From NCBI GenBank assembly GCA_001662655.1, contig KV460215.1: a stretch of DNA of 64,000 nucleotides. One strand, given 5' to 3'. The stretch comes from Pseudogymnoascus verrucosus. Lineage: Eukaryota. The notes below the pieces were generated by a model. It did no database searches. It was not told the DNA's origin and saw only the letters and a program-made list of their open reading frames with translations. Position 1 is the first letter of the stretch, and the number at the start of each line of letters is the position of its first letter. This document shows positions 39,874-51,527 of this stretch, piece after piece. Made by a program: the position numbers and the translations under genes.

Positions 39874-40217
39874 ATTTGGTCTCGTAGTAAATCAGTGCCT
39901 GTTGTTGAAGGTTGTGGTGGAGTTGCGAGTGTGCTTCGTGCTTCGTCACCTAGTCCAGCCAGCTTCAGGCCATAAACAATCTTTCGACGTCGCAGTCGCG
40001 GATTTCGGCGCTAGTGCGAATTCAGCTTAGGCGAGTTCCGAGGCGTGCATTGAGTGAAGTGGGGGGGATTTTATCATATAAACCTCCCCGCATGCGCTGT
40101 AGATAAGTATTTATTTATTTCATTTATCCTCAATCCAATCCGATCCAAATCTCCTTATCATTTATACAACCGGAATCACCCATATATCTATCAATTCACA
40201 CACACCACCCAAGAACA

Positions 40218-40848
40218 ATGTCCCCGCTGCCACCCGCAACCACCCTCCCTTCCCTGCCCCCAACCGATCAAACCCACATCCTCGACCTGCTCTTTGAGCC
40301 CTCTCCCCCTCTACATTCGCTCTCCCTCCCTCTCTTCACCCGCCCTGTTTCCTCCTACCCTGCCCTCATCGCCGCCATCCGCTCCCAGCTCACTGCACTC
40401 TCCACATCCAGCTCCCCAGCAGACGCCAAGCAGCTCGATGCAATCCTAGGCGCCCACCCCCGTCTCGGTGCTAAGAAGGTGGATAGCGCGCAGTCAGCTG
40501 CTGAGCAGGCGCAGTTAGGTGGTGGCGAGGAGGAGGCTCGGCAATTGGCGGCGCTGAATGCGGAGTATGAGTCCAAGTTCCCGGGGTTGCGGTATGTGGT
40601 GTTTGTTAATGGGCGGGGGAGGGGAGAGATTATGAAGAATATGCGGGAGAGGATTGATAGGGGTGATGGGGGACTGGAGAGGGAAGAGGGAATTAAAGTG
40701 TGTATCCTATTCTGTCATTATCTGGCGGCGCCTACTGCATGGGGTGCTGTCAACTGGGGGATGGTGATGGGGTGAAGTGATGTGCTGACAAGAGTAGGCA
40801 ATGTGCGATATCGCGCTCGACAGGACAGAGAAGCTATTGAATCAGTAG
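40218..40848 (+). CDS. OHCU decarboxylase family protein (purine/urate catabolism)
   Basis: LFEPSP, ILGAHPRLG, S..EQ and LNAEYESKFPGLRYVVFVNGR motifs; intron 40698-40797; last exon AMCDIALDR..*. Confidence 0.9.
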
Positions 40849-41059
40849 AGGGAAGGAAATAAAGAATATATCAGCCAAGGCCAAGTCTCGAGACAGACGA
40901 AGTGTGGGTATCAAAACAGGAATGTCATTTTTATCCTACTCCGTTCATTCATGCAGGGGAGACCCCAACTCCCAGCTTTTCCTCATTTCCATGTCCATGC
41001 AATGATCCCCATGCTGCCTGCCGCCTGTCGCCAATCCATGAAGATGTCCACCCACTCAA

Positions 41060-41953
41060 CTACGCCAGTACATATGCCCCCGCTCCGTGAGCTCCCCCCG
41101 CAATATAGACATCCATCCCCACCTCCGCCTTCTCATCCAGTTGCCTCGCCTCCGCCTTTGCAATCGATAATGGCGGCAGCTGCGGCAACGGTGGTGGTTC
41201 CTCCGCCAGCGATAAGGGTGGAATCCCATCCAGCTCGTCGAGGTAATCGTAGTCCTCCCCTTCCGGGCGCGGGGACCGCCTGACGCTGAAATCGCTATAG
41301 TATCCGCGGCCACACCCACTCATATCTGCATCGATGTCCTCTCCCTCCCTATCCATCCCTAGCCCCTCCTCCTCCTCCAGATCGAGCGCGTCATAATTTG
41401 ACAGCCCAAGCGGCGAAGGCGGAAGGTGGGATGGAACCTCGTATGTCCTCGCCATCGGTGCTACGACGTCGCGCAGTGCAAGTGCAGAGACGAGCTGCGA
41501 GTGTGTCCGTTTCTGTGGGACGCTAGCGGGTGGCGGCGGTTTAGCCTGTGCCGCTTTCAAGACACTCAGGCGCTGGCGGACGCGGTTCATGATGGCGGCC
41601 TTGCGGAGTTCGTTCTTCTCAGGCCGGCGGGAGACGGGCCATGAAGCAGAGCCGATACGGGCGACGCCGCGGTCGGCGATGTTGCTCGCCGGAGAGGAGT
41701 AGGGGCGGGAGAGGCGGGAGGTGACGAGACCTAGGCGCAGGCGGCGCTTCTTCTTTGTGGGGTGTGGGGAGCCATCGACGTCCCAGAGGGGCCGGCGGCG
41801 TTTGAATGGAGCGGGGCGGGGTGGTGCGGGGGGTAGTTTGGAAGTAAACGTATATTTGCTAGAGGGTGTGAGGACGAAGGTGAAGGTGAAGGTTGTCGGG
41901 GTGAGGGAGGAGGTGAGGGTGTTGACCCAGTGGTAGGTGGTGGTCGTGCTCAT
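41060..41953 (-). CDS. Hypothetical protein, probably nuclear
   Basis: 297-aa ORF with KRRR..DVDG..KKKRRLRLGLVTSRLSRPYSSPASNI, LRKAAIMNR and PPSPLGLSNYDALD blocks resembling a conserved fungal hypothetical family; start uncertain. Confidence 0.7.
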   Translation of the reverse strand: MSTTTTYHWVNTLTSSLTPTTFTFTFVLTPSSKYTFTSKLPPAPPRPAPFKRRRPLWDVDGSPHPTKKKRRLRLGLVTSRLSRPYSSPASNIADRGVARIGSASWPVSRRPEKNELRKAAIMNRVRQRLSVLKAAQAKPPPPASVPQKRTHSQLVSALALRDVVAPMARTYEVPSHLPPSPLGLSNYDALDLEEEEGLGMDREGEDIDADMSGCGRGYYSDFSVRRSPRPEGEDYDYLDELDGIPPLSLAEEPPPLPQLPPLSIAKAEARQLDEKAEVGMDVYIAGGAHGAGAYVLA

Positions 41954-44900
41954 GCCGGTGTTTCGGTATGTGGTTATGGTTTTGGTTCTTTTGGGCCGCT
42001 ATATGCGGGCGAAGTGGTGCTATAGAGGCGTGTTCATCGCCTCAACAAAGACGAGGACACGATCCCGCTCACTCATTGGTGGTCTGCTGCGGAGTGGTTG
42101 TGTGGTGAAAGGTGAGGGGTGCCGTCAGAGAATATAACTCGATTCGTTGTCGTCGATGGTATAGATGGATATAGTGCACTGAAGACGAAGCAGATATGAG
42201 GCCGTGAGGATGAGGAGAGAGTAGAGGGTGTAGGGTCACAGATAACAGCGTCGTCGGGGTAGTCGTGAGGTGGTCGTGTGCCTGTTGGTGATGGGTAGTG
42301 GAGCAGAGTGGTTAGTAGTCTGGTAAAGTAGTCGCATTGGGCAGAACCAGCATCTTAAGGTATGAACCGCGACTAGGAGCATGACAGGCTCACACCAAGG
42401 ATACTAGCCAGACATCAGCCAGGCCGTATTAGGACGAAGAGGCGAGAAAGATGGAAAGAGGCGAGGAGAGACGAGGGGAACGTCGCATCGCTAGCTGCCG
42501 CAAGGGCTGTGAGTGGACGAAAGGGGAGAAGGAGGAGGGAAGAAGGGTGGAGTTGAGAAAAGCCAAGAGAGAGGGATTAGTAGTTAGTACAGTAGCATAT
42601 GCTGTAGTAGTACTATACATTCAAAAGTATAGTATGGGGATGGGAGGGATGGGAGGGATGAGAGGGATTAGAGAGGGGAGATGCATCGGGGACTGGGGGG
42701 AGGACTGGGAACGGGGGACTGGGGCCAACGCGGAGTGCGGGGAAGGGAAGGGAGGAGGGAGTTGATGGTGGAGAACGAACTCGGGAGGGAAGGGACGGGG
42801 AGCGGGGCGGTCATTTCCGCTCCTGGGAGTTGACTGGCGGCACTCTGGCTGTCAAGTAGAGTACTTTTGGGATTCCACAGCCAGTCCACAGCCAGTCCGC
42901 GAATCAGGGGTCGAACAAAAGAAAGAAAACATCGGAAAAATACGGCCCGTCGTGGGTTCTGGGAGAGTTGCTTGGCCTGGGTCCACCAAGTCCACCATAT
43001 CCACCATATCCACTCATAGTAGTAAGGTAGTAAGGTCTGGGCGTCGGTTGTTGGATCGATGCGGATCGAGCCTGCGAGTAAGCAGCTGGGCAATTGGGAG
43101 TGGTCACGCGCCCATGCTTCTCGCTCTGGCTCTCTTCGTGTGGCTCTGTCGGCGCTGCGGCCAATCACTGTCGACACGGCTGAAGATGATCGCCAGGATG
43201 AGAGAGGGGGTGGTGTGGGAAGGGATGGGAGGCGATGTGAAGGGGTGTGGGAAGTTATGGCCTGTGCATACGTACTGTACTTGTGTGCATGCTGTACTGG
43301 GTCGTTGTAGTATTGGATACAGTATCACTCTGTTCTGTGGGAAAGAGCGATGTTGTGTCCAATACCAACCACACGAAGAGTATCACCAGTACTGCCTGCC
43401 AAGTCATGCTCGAGTTGAGCAGACGCTCATAACCCAGAGTACAGTGAACTCGGCGCACACAAAACACCACCCACGGCCATCCCTCACAACATCCCTTCAA
43501 TACCGATCCCATCCCAACCGAGACCAGTTTGATGAACCGACCAGCACATCCCAGTCCCTTCCCAGTCCCACTGGCACTCCCTGTCCCACCTCCCTTCTTC
43601 CCCGACCCCCGCCGAGGCGTTCTCGCTTGCCCATTCACTGCTGATTCCAGCCTACTCCAGCCAACTCCCATCGATCCCAGTCTGAGCGACTTTCCAATGT
43701 GGCGTCTGTGGCTTCCAACAAGATGAACAGGGACATTCACTAACTCGCCCCCTCATCGTCCCAACCCAACCCATCGGCATCGGGGAAAATCCCTCGCTCT
43801 TTGGCGTCAGGCTTACGAGACAACACCTGGAAGCCGACGTCTAACTCCAACCACCACCCCCCGCCTCTTCTGAATAGGGACGCCGGCATACGTGAGCCTT
43901 GGAGACGGCGGCATGCCTGTAGTGTACTGTACGTACACCGTACACCGCGTTGGGGGTGTCATTCCGGGGAAGAGACGAGTATGAGCACCAGAGTACTCGG
44001 TTTACTATGGCATGTAGGGGAGACCCTGTTGTTTCTCACCTGCTTGGTTGGAATCCCAGTGGACAGACGATTGGCATCTTTGGGAGTGTGGATAGACATC
44101 CTCTGCGACTACTGTATGAATGGACATCCTCCAAGACTATGGATGGGCAATACTTCAGCGCCGCGGACATAAGTTGGAACGAACAAACGTACGTATGCGC
44201 GCTGGGCGCGTCAAATTTCCATTTCTAACACACCACCACTCCGACTCCCCTGCGGCTGGGTCTATTTGTGGAGCAACCGATGAGTTGGACGTTTTTGTTT
44301 CAGGTCGCCTCCACCTGCAACAAAACAAAACATAATATAAGAGAGAGAAAAAAAAGATTTGCCTCCGGGGCGAATGCCAGAAGGGGATGACAGGGACGCT
44401 GAGTATTGGATTTGATGGCCTGTACAGCTGGCCAGATACGCTGTTGACTGCGAAGTCTTGTGTCTTGAGTTTGTTGGTTGGAGCCCCGTGTCTGGAGTCT
44501 GTGGTCTGTGAGGCTGTGATTAGCAAGATCTGCCTTCTATAGGGCTTGCGGTCTCAATATCTTGGCAAACTGTGATCAGCAGAGACTGCGGTCCGTGAGG
44601 CTTCATGTCTCAATATCTGGGGCCTGGCTGGGAAGACTGGAGTATGATATGCGAGTAGTCTCCAATCTATGAGGCCTCTCCAATCTGTAGGTCTGTTGTC
44701 TCCAAGGTCCCCAATCTGTAATCTCCAGTCCCTAAGATCTATCACTTAGAGGCCAACCCGTTGAAAGCCGTGAATATCGCCACGGCAATTCACTGTGTTG
44801 ATTCACGCTGATTCACACTCGTTCACGCTCCAATTCAAGCACATGATTCATGATTCGCACAATATATATTCACGTGATTTGATTTACCAATAAAAGCGTG

Positions 44901-45440
44901 ACCAACCTCGACGACTTCAACCGATCACGTGCTGCACGTGCTCCTGGAAGAATTTCTTTCAAAATCATCGCCGCTCTTATCGCCAATCATAAGCGAGCCA
45001 GGCTTCACTTCACTCCAACATCCAATCCAAGGTACTTCACACGCCATTTTACAGTACAAAAGTACTTCCTTCTCTCTAATTCCACAATTCCACCGGCGGC
45101 AGTGGCCACTGCTGGACCAGAAAGGCGGACCGAAGGCGACCATCTCCGACCACGCCTGGAGAAACAACCACCGCCTACGCCTACGGCGATAAGCGCTACA
45201 TCCATCCACCACCAACCCTTCACTCCACAACCCACATACCACATACCACTTCCACCTTAACAACGTCGACGACCACCAACGACCACCAACGACCGCCAAC
45301 GACAGCCAAACGCCACTTCGGATTCTCCGTATATTCACTCTGTCGACAACAACGCCCTACAACGCTCTACGCCACCCAAGTCGCCGACTGTAACTCTCGC
45401 GTCTGAGGCACATAAGGGAATGAGATGAGCCGTCTCTACA

Positions 45441-46751
45441 ATGACGGAAAGCCAACGCAGCCACAATAAGGTATGTAGCCCCCAGACCTCCTCCCTGCGG
45501 AAACAAGACCACAGGACTAACAAACTCTTCCCAGCGAACATTCGGCGAGATGTCGAGCTCAATATCCATGGCCAGACGCCCCTCGGCCGACCCCTCGCCA
45601 TCCTTCCCCGGCTCGACCTTCACCTTCCCCACCCCTCCGCCACCACAGACACAAACACACTCCCAAGGCCAGCGCCGCACGCCGCATCCGCACAACCCTC
45701 CACGCTCCTCGCCCTTCAGCGTCATGCTCGACCCACGGCATCCCCCTTCTCGCCCGAGCCTTGACCGCCAGCCCACCGTCATCGATCTGACAGACGACCA
45801 CCATGAGCGCGCGCCCTCACAATCACGGCGCTCGTCACAGCGCTCTACTCTTCCCCCGCAGCTGGAGCGGTCGGATTACACGACACTTGGGGACGTCATC
45901 AGCATCGAATCCGACGACGATGACGACGAGGTCGAGATCGTATCCTCGCGAGCCCTCCCGTCACGACGACCCTCGGCCCCTCCTTCACGACTGCGGCTCC
46001 CCCGCCCACCTCGATCACCACGCCAACACGCCGGCCACCCGTGGCCTCATCTCCCCAGTATGCTCCCGCCGATGGACGCCCCGGAATCGATACTGGACAA
46101 TCCAAGCCTCCTTTTCGGCGGGCTCGCGGACATGTTCCCAGGCAGTTGGCGCAATCTGCAGGGAAACATGGAGCGGTACGTGTTGGGGCGGCAATCCGAA
46201 ATAGGGCCCATCCCGGTGCATATGCGTGGCGCGTCGATGAGGTTCCGTACATTTCCGCTCCATGAGCATGTGAGACAGGAGCCGAGGAAGGCAGAGCATG
46301 TGCCGCCGCCGCCGGTGGGTGAAGGATTCACGCGCTCGCCCAAGGAGGATGACGTGATTGTTTGTCCAGCGTGCGACGAGGAGTTGGTGGTTGGACCTGA
46401 GGAGCCGGCTGCGGGGACGACGCCTTCGTCGACGGGGAAGACGGCGGCAAAGGCAAAAGCTAGGAGTAGGAAGGATAGGGAGGAGCATCCATTTTGGGTG
46501 GTGAGGGAATGCGGTCATGTAAGTGTATTTCCCTTGCTCTCATTAAATCCGTTGAGATAGTGCATGTGCTAACATAGTACCAGGTCTACTGCAACAAATG
46601 CTACCAGAGCCGCAAGCCAGACACGAAGTCAACGAGCAAGAACTTATTCCCCGAGGTGCAGAGTGGCGCGAGGAAGGTCCCGCTGTGTGCGGTCGATGAC
46701 TGCACGAGCGAGGTTGGGGATAAGAAGTTCTGGGTTGGAGTATTTATGTGA
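45441..46751 (+). CDS. SIM-containing RING protein, SUMO-targeted ubiquitin ligase-like (Slx5/Rfp/RNF4 type)
   Basis: SIM-like VIDLTDD and VISIESDDDDDEVEIV; RING CPAC..(insert)..CGH|VYCNKC..CAVDDC. In-frame introns 45471-45534 and ~46519-46583. Confidence 0.75.
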
Positions 46752-48213
46752 CGAGTTTACGTTGCCGCGGACAAATGGGTTCGTTTTATGACGACTCGCC
46801 GATTTTTCGGCGCGGATTGTGTGGAGTATTCAAGAGGTACAGACAGAAAGGGATGGGTTACCATCTCTACGGCGTGGTATATGGACTGCGTTCCCATTCA
46901 GCACTCGACTGCTTTCGATCTCTGTGTTTGGTAAGGGTAACGGCAGTGGCCGTAGAACAGGAAGGGACAGGACAGGAGTCAACATCGGATTATCGACTAT
47001 TGGCTTCTATAAACCATGCATTGCATACAGCGCGGCGTACTACACTTTTGCTCTTTAGTTACTCTTCTCGGTGTTATTGGTTGTGGTTTTGTTATTTTAC
47101 GGTATGCTGGGGTGGGAAGGGGGCGGCTTATTTTTGGGAAAGGGGTGCTCACTTGGGCATTGGTAGATGGGAAGGGGGGACACAGCGAGTGATGGTATGG
47201 TCTTGAGTGGTGGCTATAGCTAGGGCGAAGAGTATGAAGTTTCTTCAGCTATGTGATAATTTTATGTGTATGATGGTGATCGATACGGCTTCGTTTTAAT
47301 AGTTACGAGTATGAGATATCTGTTAAACCGCTACTAATGTCCAAGTTCTAGGCTAGAGCTTCTGTTAATGAAGAAGCGGCTTATGCGCACTATCCCTTCA
47401 AAGAGGAAGAATGGTCACTTATGTCCAAGCCCTGAAGTAGAATTGCCTTTACTGAAGAAATAGATCCTAGGCACTGTTCTCTTAATTAGACAGGAGAGGT
47501 ATTGTAATAAAAATATATGACGTATGAATGAATTTATTGTGTATATTGTATCTTTTATTTTTATCATAGTGAGAATGAGAATATATTTTATTTTCCACAA
47601 CAACACATCAACCACCACCTAAAAACTATATTTTCCTCATCTATATCTCCTGTAGAAGGCATTACAAGAATATAGATAAACTCCCCTCTATTCTCCTTCC
47701 AAAGAACCACTTACCACTCACTCAAATGTCTATTGCGCACGTGACCAACGCACCTAATAAGGCGTGAGATGAGGTGAGGCTGAAGTCACAAACCCCAGCA
47801 CGGACGGGACTGTTAGTGGCAGGTACCTAGTCCAGCCCCGCGACCCCGCCTCATGCCCACTTCTTTTCCAGTACTATTCGGAGTTATACATACAAAGCTA
47901 CAGCCACCGCAGAGAAGGACAAAGAGTTGAAAGAAAGTGAAGTTGAAGGAAGTGAAGCGAATAGAAGGACGGAAGAGGATAGGGCATTCGACGACCAGGG
48001 CGTCTTTCGAGATCGACGTTTTAGACGCGGCTACTACTGTGCACTGCCAGATACCTTCGTGGGCGATCTACTTGTGAAAGCTGCACTGCGAATAGTACGG
48101 AACGACTTGGGCTTCTTAAGCAATACCGCACGACAAAGGACGTACAGGAGCGAGTGAGGGCATAGCTGCCGCGACACGACAACAACGAGGAGGACGATTC
48201 GAAAACTGACGCC

Positions 48214-51200
48214 ATGCCGAGCAGTACTACGATTAGGAATGCGGTGGCGCAGATGATGGGGATAACGGGGGCGTCGGAGAGGGTGGCCAGCAGTGTGAGT
48301 TTTGCCCTCTGAGCTGGAAGTTTTGGAGAGGGTGGAGGTGGGGAAGAGGGTGGTATGGTGTGGATGACGTGAGTCGTGGAGAATGTGTGCTGATGCTGGG
48401 GTGTGCAGGTGCTGAAGAAGCATAATTATAAGCTTGATGCTGCATGTGATGCGTAAGTGGATCTGTGTTTCTTTTGTTTATTTGCAATGCTGGAGGATGG
48501 GTGGTGGGAGAGATGAGATCGAGGAGGAGGATGAGTGTGTTGCTCGTACTCGGACGATTGAGCATACGGGACCCCGCACATGCGGAAGGAAGGAACAACC
48601 CGATCTTCGAACAAAAGGATGGAGGAGAAAAGAGCGACAGGAATGGAACCTAGGTTTGAGAGGGCTGCTCTTTCCATTTGGCTTGGTGGTGGAGCGAAAA
48701 CAGGCTATGATGCAACAGAAGCTGGGAAGGGAAGCTGCGACGCCGGCACAGGACCCAGGACGGAAGCTACGACGGGAGGTGGCAACCATGATATGAACCG
48801 GAGGAAGCTACGATGGTGGCTGCGGCCATACCATAAACAGAGGAAGCGACGATAGTGACTGCGGCCATATCGAGAACCAGAGAAGCTACGACTTGACTAC
48901 AGAGATATCGACAAATGGGGAAAGTACGATGATTCCCTCACGTCCTGAACTGAGGGAAACCACAACAATGGCACAGGTCAAAATTCGGTGAACTACCCAG
49001 GACGCAAAGTGACTCAGGTCTGGACCACATATTTTTATCGACCCATGCTTTGTCAGTTATATGCTGGCTGAAAGAGGGGACAGGACTCGCAAATCGCAGA
49101 ACTGCACGACGCACGGCGCAATTGATCTTGGAGCGCAGGAGCAGGAGACACATTCGTCGGTACAGGCGTAAGGAATTTGACAAACACCGCGCTCTGGTGA
49201 AGACTCAGGGAGCACCCCATGAAGCGTCATGGTTGACCCGAAGGGATTAAAGAGGCTGTTCAGCGATGTACTGCAGGAACAGGAGGAACTCCTTGAGAAC
49301 AGTGAGGTTATTCTCGATTCGGAGTCACCTTCGGAATTTGCTTCGAGGGTCTATGGCGACCAACCGGAATCACAATCGCGAAAGCGACGGCGTGCTTCCA
49401 TACCAGAGCAAACCGAGCTCAACGCCAACATCGCCCGCTTTGATCATATCCCTCAGGACGAAACAAGTTTCAATCCCACTGCAGCTTCCTTGCCTCCGAA
49501 CCAACTTGTACCCCCTTCAAATCTGACCGCCAGGCCGGTTTTTCCACACCGGACTTTACCACTGCCAGTTCCAACTGCCGCGCCGCGACACGACCCATTT
49601 ACCGCTGCCACGAATGCGCTGTCACGCCCAGCGCCACCTCCAAATTCCTTGGGAATACCCTCTCCACATACGGGGCTGTCTCAACCACCAAGGACCCATC
49701 CATATCCTTCAAACATGGTATCAGCAACTCCTGAAAACGAGGGATCGCACAGGACCCCGACTCGTACACCACTGCCAACTATGCCAACTACGCAGGTTGT
49801 ACCTCCGACTGCTCAAGATACATGGTTAGGAGTTGTATTACAATCGACGGATCTTTCTATACATCAGCCGAGAGCCCGATCTGTTAGTATGCCACACGTT
49901 TTGTCTTACGGATCAAGTTCGAGCCTGGAACCTCGAGTAGAGGGTGCTGTTGCGGTTGCGGATGAAGTTGCGGATGCAGTTGCGGATGCAGATGTAGACG
50001 CTGTTGCGGATGCGGATGCCCAACCATCGACACTTCAAAATGCTGACCCAACTTTGCCGAGAGCGCAATCATTATCACCATTTCAAAATGCCCGCCTATA
50101 TCGTCAAAGAGCGCAATCGTCGCCTTTGTCGATGCGGGGCGGGGCATTATGGACAGCTGCCTCGACTCCTTATCAGAATGGTCAGACACCTGTCCAAAAT
50201 ACCCCACTCCCATTTCAGCATGGCCAGTTTTACTATCAGAATGGCTATTCTCAGGATGCTCAGCCTTGCTCTCAGAATGACTACGTCCAGAATGCCCAGA
50301 ATTACTCACAGAATGGCTACGTTCAGAATTGCTACGCTCAGCCGTACGATCATAATCGTTTGGCTTTGTTCCAGAATTACCCAAGTCACTTTCCGAATTA
50401 TTCGCTTCCATTTTCACACTCCAGCGGGGTGACGGCTCGGCAAGCCTCCCGTTCTCCAAGCAGTGGGGGTTATAGTTCAAGCAGTGGAGGTCATAGTTCT
50501 CCAAGTCGTCGAAGTTATAGTCCTCCACCAGCTCCTCGTCGTCCTTATCGGGAACGGATAGCCCCTAGTTCACCAGTCCCTGTCGTGCCGCCCGTTTTAG
50601 GTTGGCTTTCCAAGCAAGAGCAACTGTTTGGTCCCCCTATCGGAATTATGCGTCACTTATACTTGATTTGGAGATCCGCTAACGCCTTGGGTCTACAGAT
50701 ACTATGCCTCAGGCGGCAAGCCGGCCGTTGCTCCTACTCCAGTCGAAGATAAGTCGCTGGCAAGTTTGAGTAACTTATTCGAGAAATACAGAGGTATGTA
50801 TCAAGGCAACAAACATAGAGGTACCCTATAGCCCTCTCTGACTTCTGATGGTAGGGTCGGATGATGAAAAAGATTCCATCAGCGTTGACGGCACGATGGC
50901 ATATCTCACAGACCTCGCTGTTAATCTCGAAGATGCTTCGTCCCTCATTCCACTAGAAATTGTCCAGGCTCCGGCAATTGGGGAGATGACGAGAGATGGG
51001 TTTGTAAAGGGCTGGCAGAAGGCTGGGTAAGTTCACCTCCTTGTTCCTACAAGAAGTTACTGACCCGATCCAGAGTCGACTCTAGAAGCACGTTAGACAC
51101 AATACCCAAGCAAAAAGCATACATAGCTAGCCAGACAAAACTCCTCTCCTCCGACACCGCCCTTTTCAAGCGTGTCTACAAACACACCTTTGTCTGCTCC

Positions 51201-51527
51201 AAAGAGCGTAGTCAGAAAGCGCTACCTCTCGAGAACGCCCTTGTGTACTGGGAGATGCTCTTCTCAAGCCCTGGCATGTGCTGGGCTTCTGGGACGACGG
51301 ACTGGCTGAAGCTGTGGCTCGAGTTCCTGAACGCCAAGTGGACGAAGACCGTTAATAAGGACATGTGGAACCAGACGCTTGAGTTCTTCACCAAGAGCAG
51401 GGAAGACGAGACGATGAGCTTTTGGTCTGAGGAGGGTGCGTGGCCGAGCGTCATTGACGACTTCGTCGTCTGGGTCCGAGAGAAGAGGGGCGGCGGAGCA
51501 GTGGCAGATAATATGGAGACGGATTAA
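48214..51527 (+). CDS. DCN1: Defective in cullin neddylation protein 1 (UBA-like + PONY/DUF298)
   Basis: Exons 48214-48294 (MPSSTTIRNAVAQMMGITGASERVASS), 48409-48452 (VLKKHNYKLDAACDA), 50699-50793 (YYASGG..LFEKYR), 50855-51026 and 51074-51527 (FKRVYKHTF..QKAL..KDMWNQ..EGAWPSVIDDFV). All junction phases are consistent. Confidence 0.9.
49229..50752 (+). CDS. 507-codon low-complexity ORF nested in DCN1 intron 2 (orphan gene or alternative exon)
   Basis: Uninterrupted ATG-initiated ORF; Pro-rich, with (VAD[AE])n, QNG/Y repeats and an RS-rich end; no recognisable domain. Confidence 0.5.
   Translation: MVDPKGLKRLFSDVLQEQEELLENSEVILDSESPSEFASRVYGDQPESQSRKRRRASIPEQTELNANIARFDHIPQDETSFNPTAASLPPNQLVPPSNLTARPVFPHRTLPLPVPTAAPRHDPFTAATNALSRPAPPPNSLGIPSPHTGLSQPPRTHPYPSNMVSATPENEGSHRTPTRTPLPTMPTTQVVPPTAQDTWLGVVLQSTDLSIHQPRARSVSMPHVLSYGSSSSLEPRVEGAVAVADEVADAVADADVDAVADADAQPSTLQNADPTLPRAQSLSPFQNARLYRQRAQSSPLSMRGGALWTAASTPYQNGQTPVQNTPLPFQHGQFYYQNGYSQDAQPCSQNDYVQNAQNYSQNGYVQNCYAQPYDHNRLALFQNYPSHFPNYSLPFSHSSGVTARQASRSPSSGGYSSSSGGHSSPSRRSYSPPPAPRRPYRERIAPSSPVPVVPPVLGWLSKQEQLFGPPIGIMRHLYLIWRSANALGLQILCLRRQAGRCSYSSRR

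Noticed and set aside
47400..47720. AT-rich patch between the RING gene and DCN1 as a possible TE relic
   Set aside because: No terminal repeats or coding relic recognised; compatible with ordinary intergenic DNA.
48369..48408. Internal GTGAGT donor in DCN1 intron 1
   Set aside because: Would leave a 40-nt intron and introduce an early stop; cannot be distinguished from chance without RNA data.
49884..50528. 214-aa minus-strand ORF with HPQ repeats
   Set aside because: Mirror of the repeats in the longer plus-strand ORF; no independent support.
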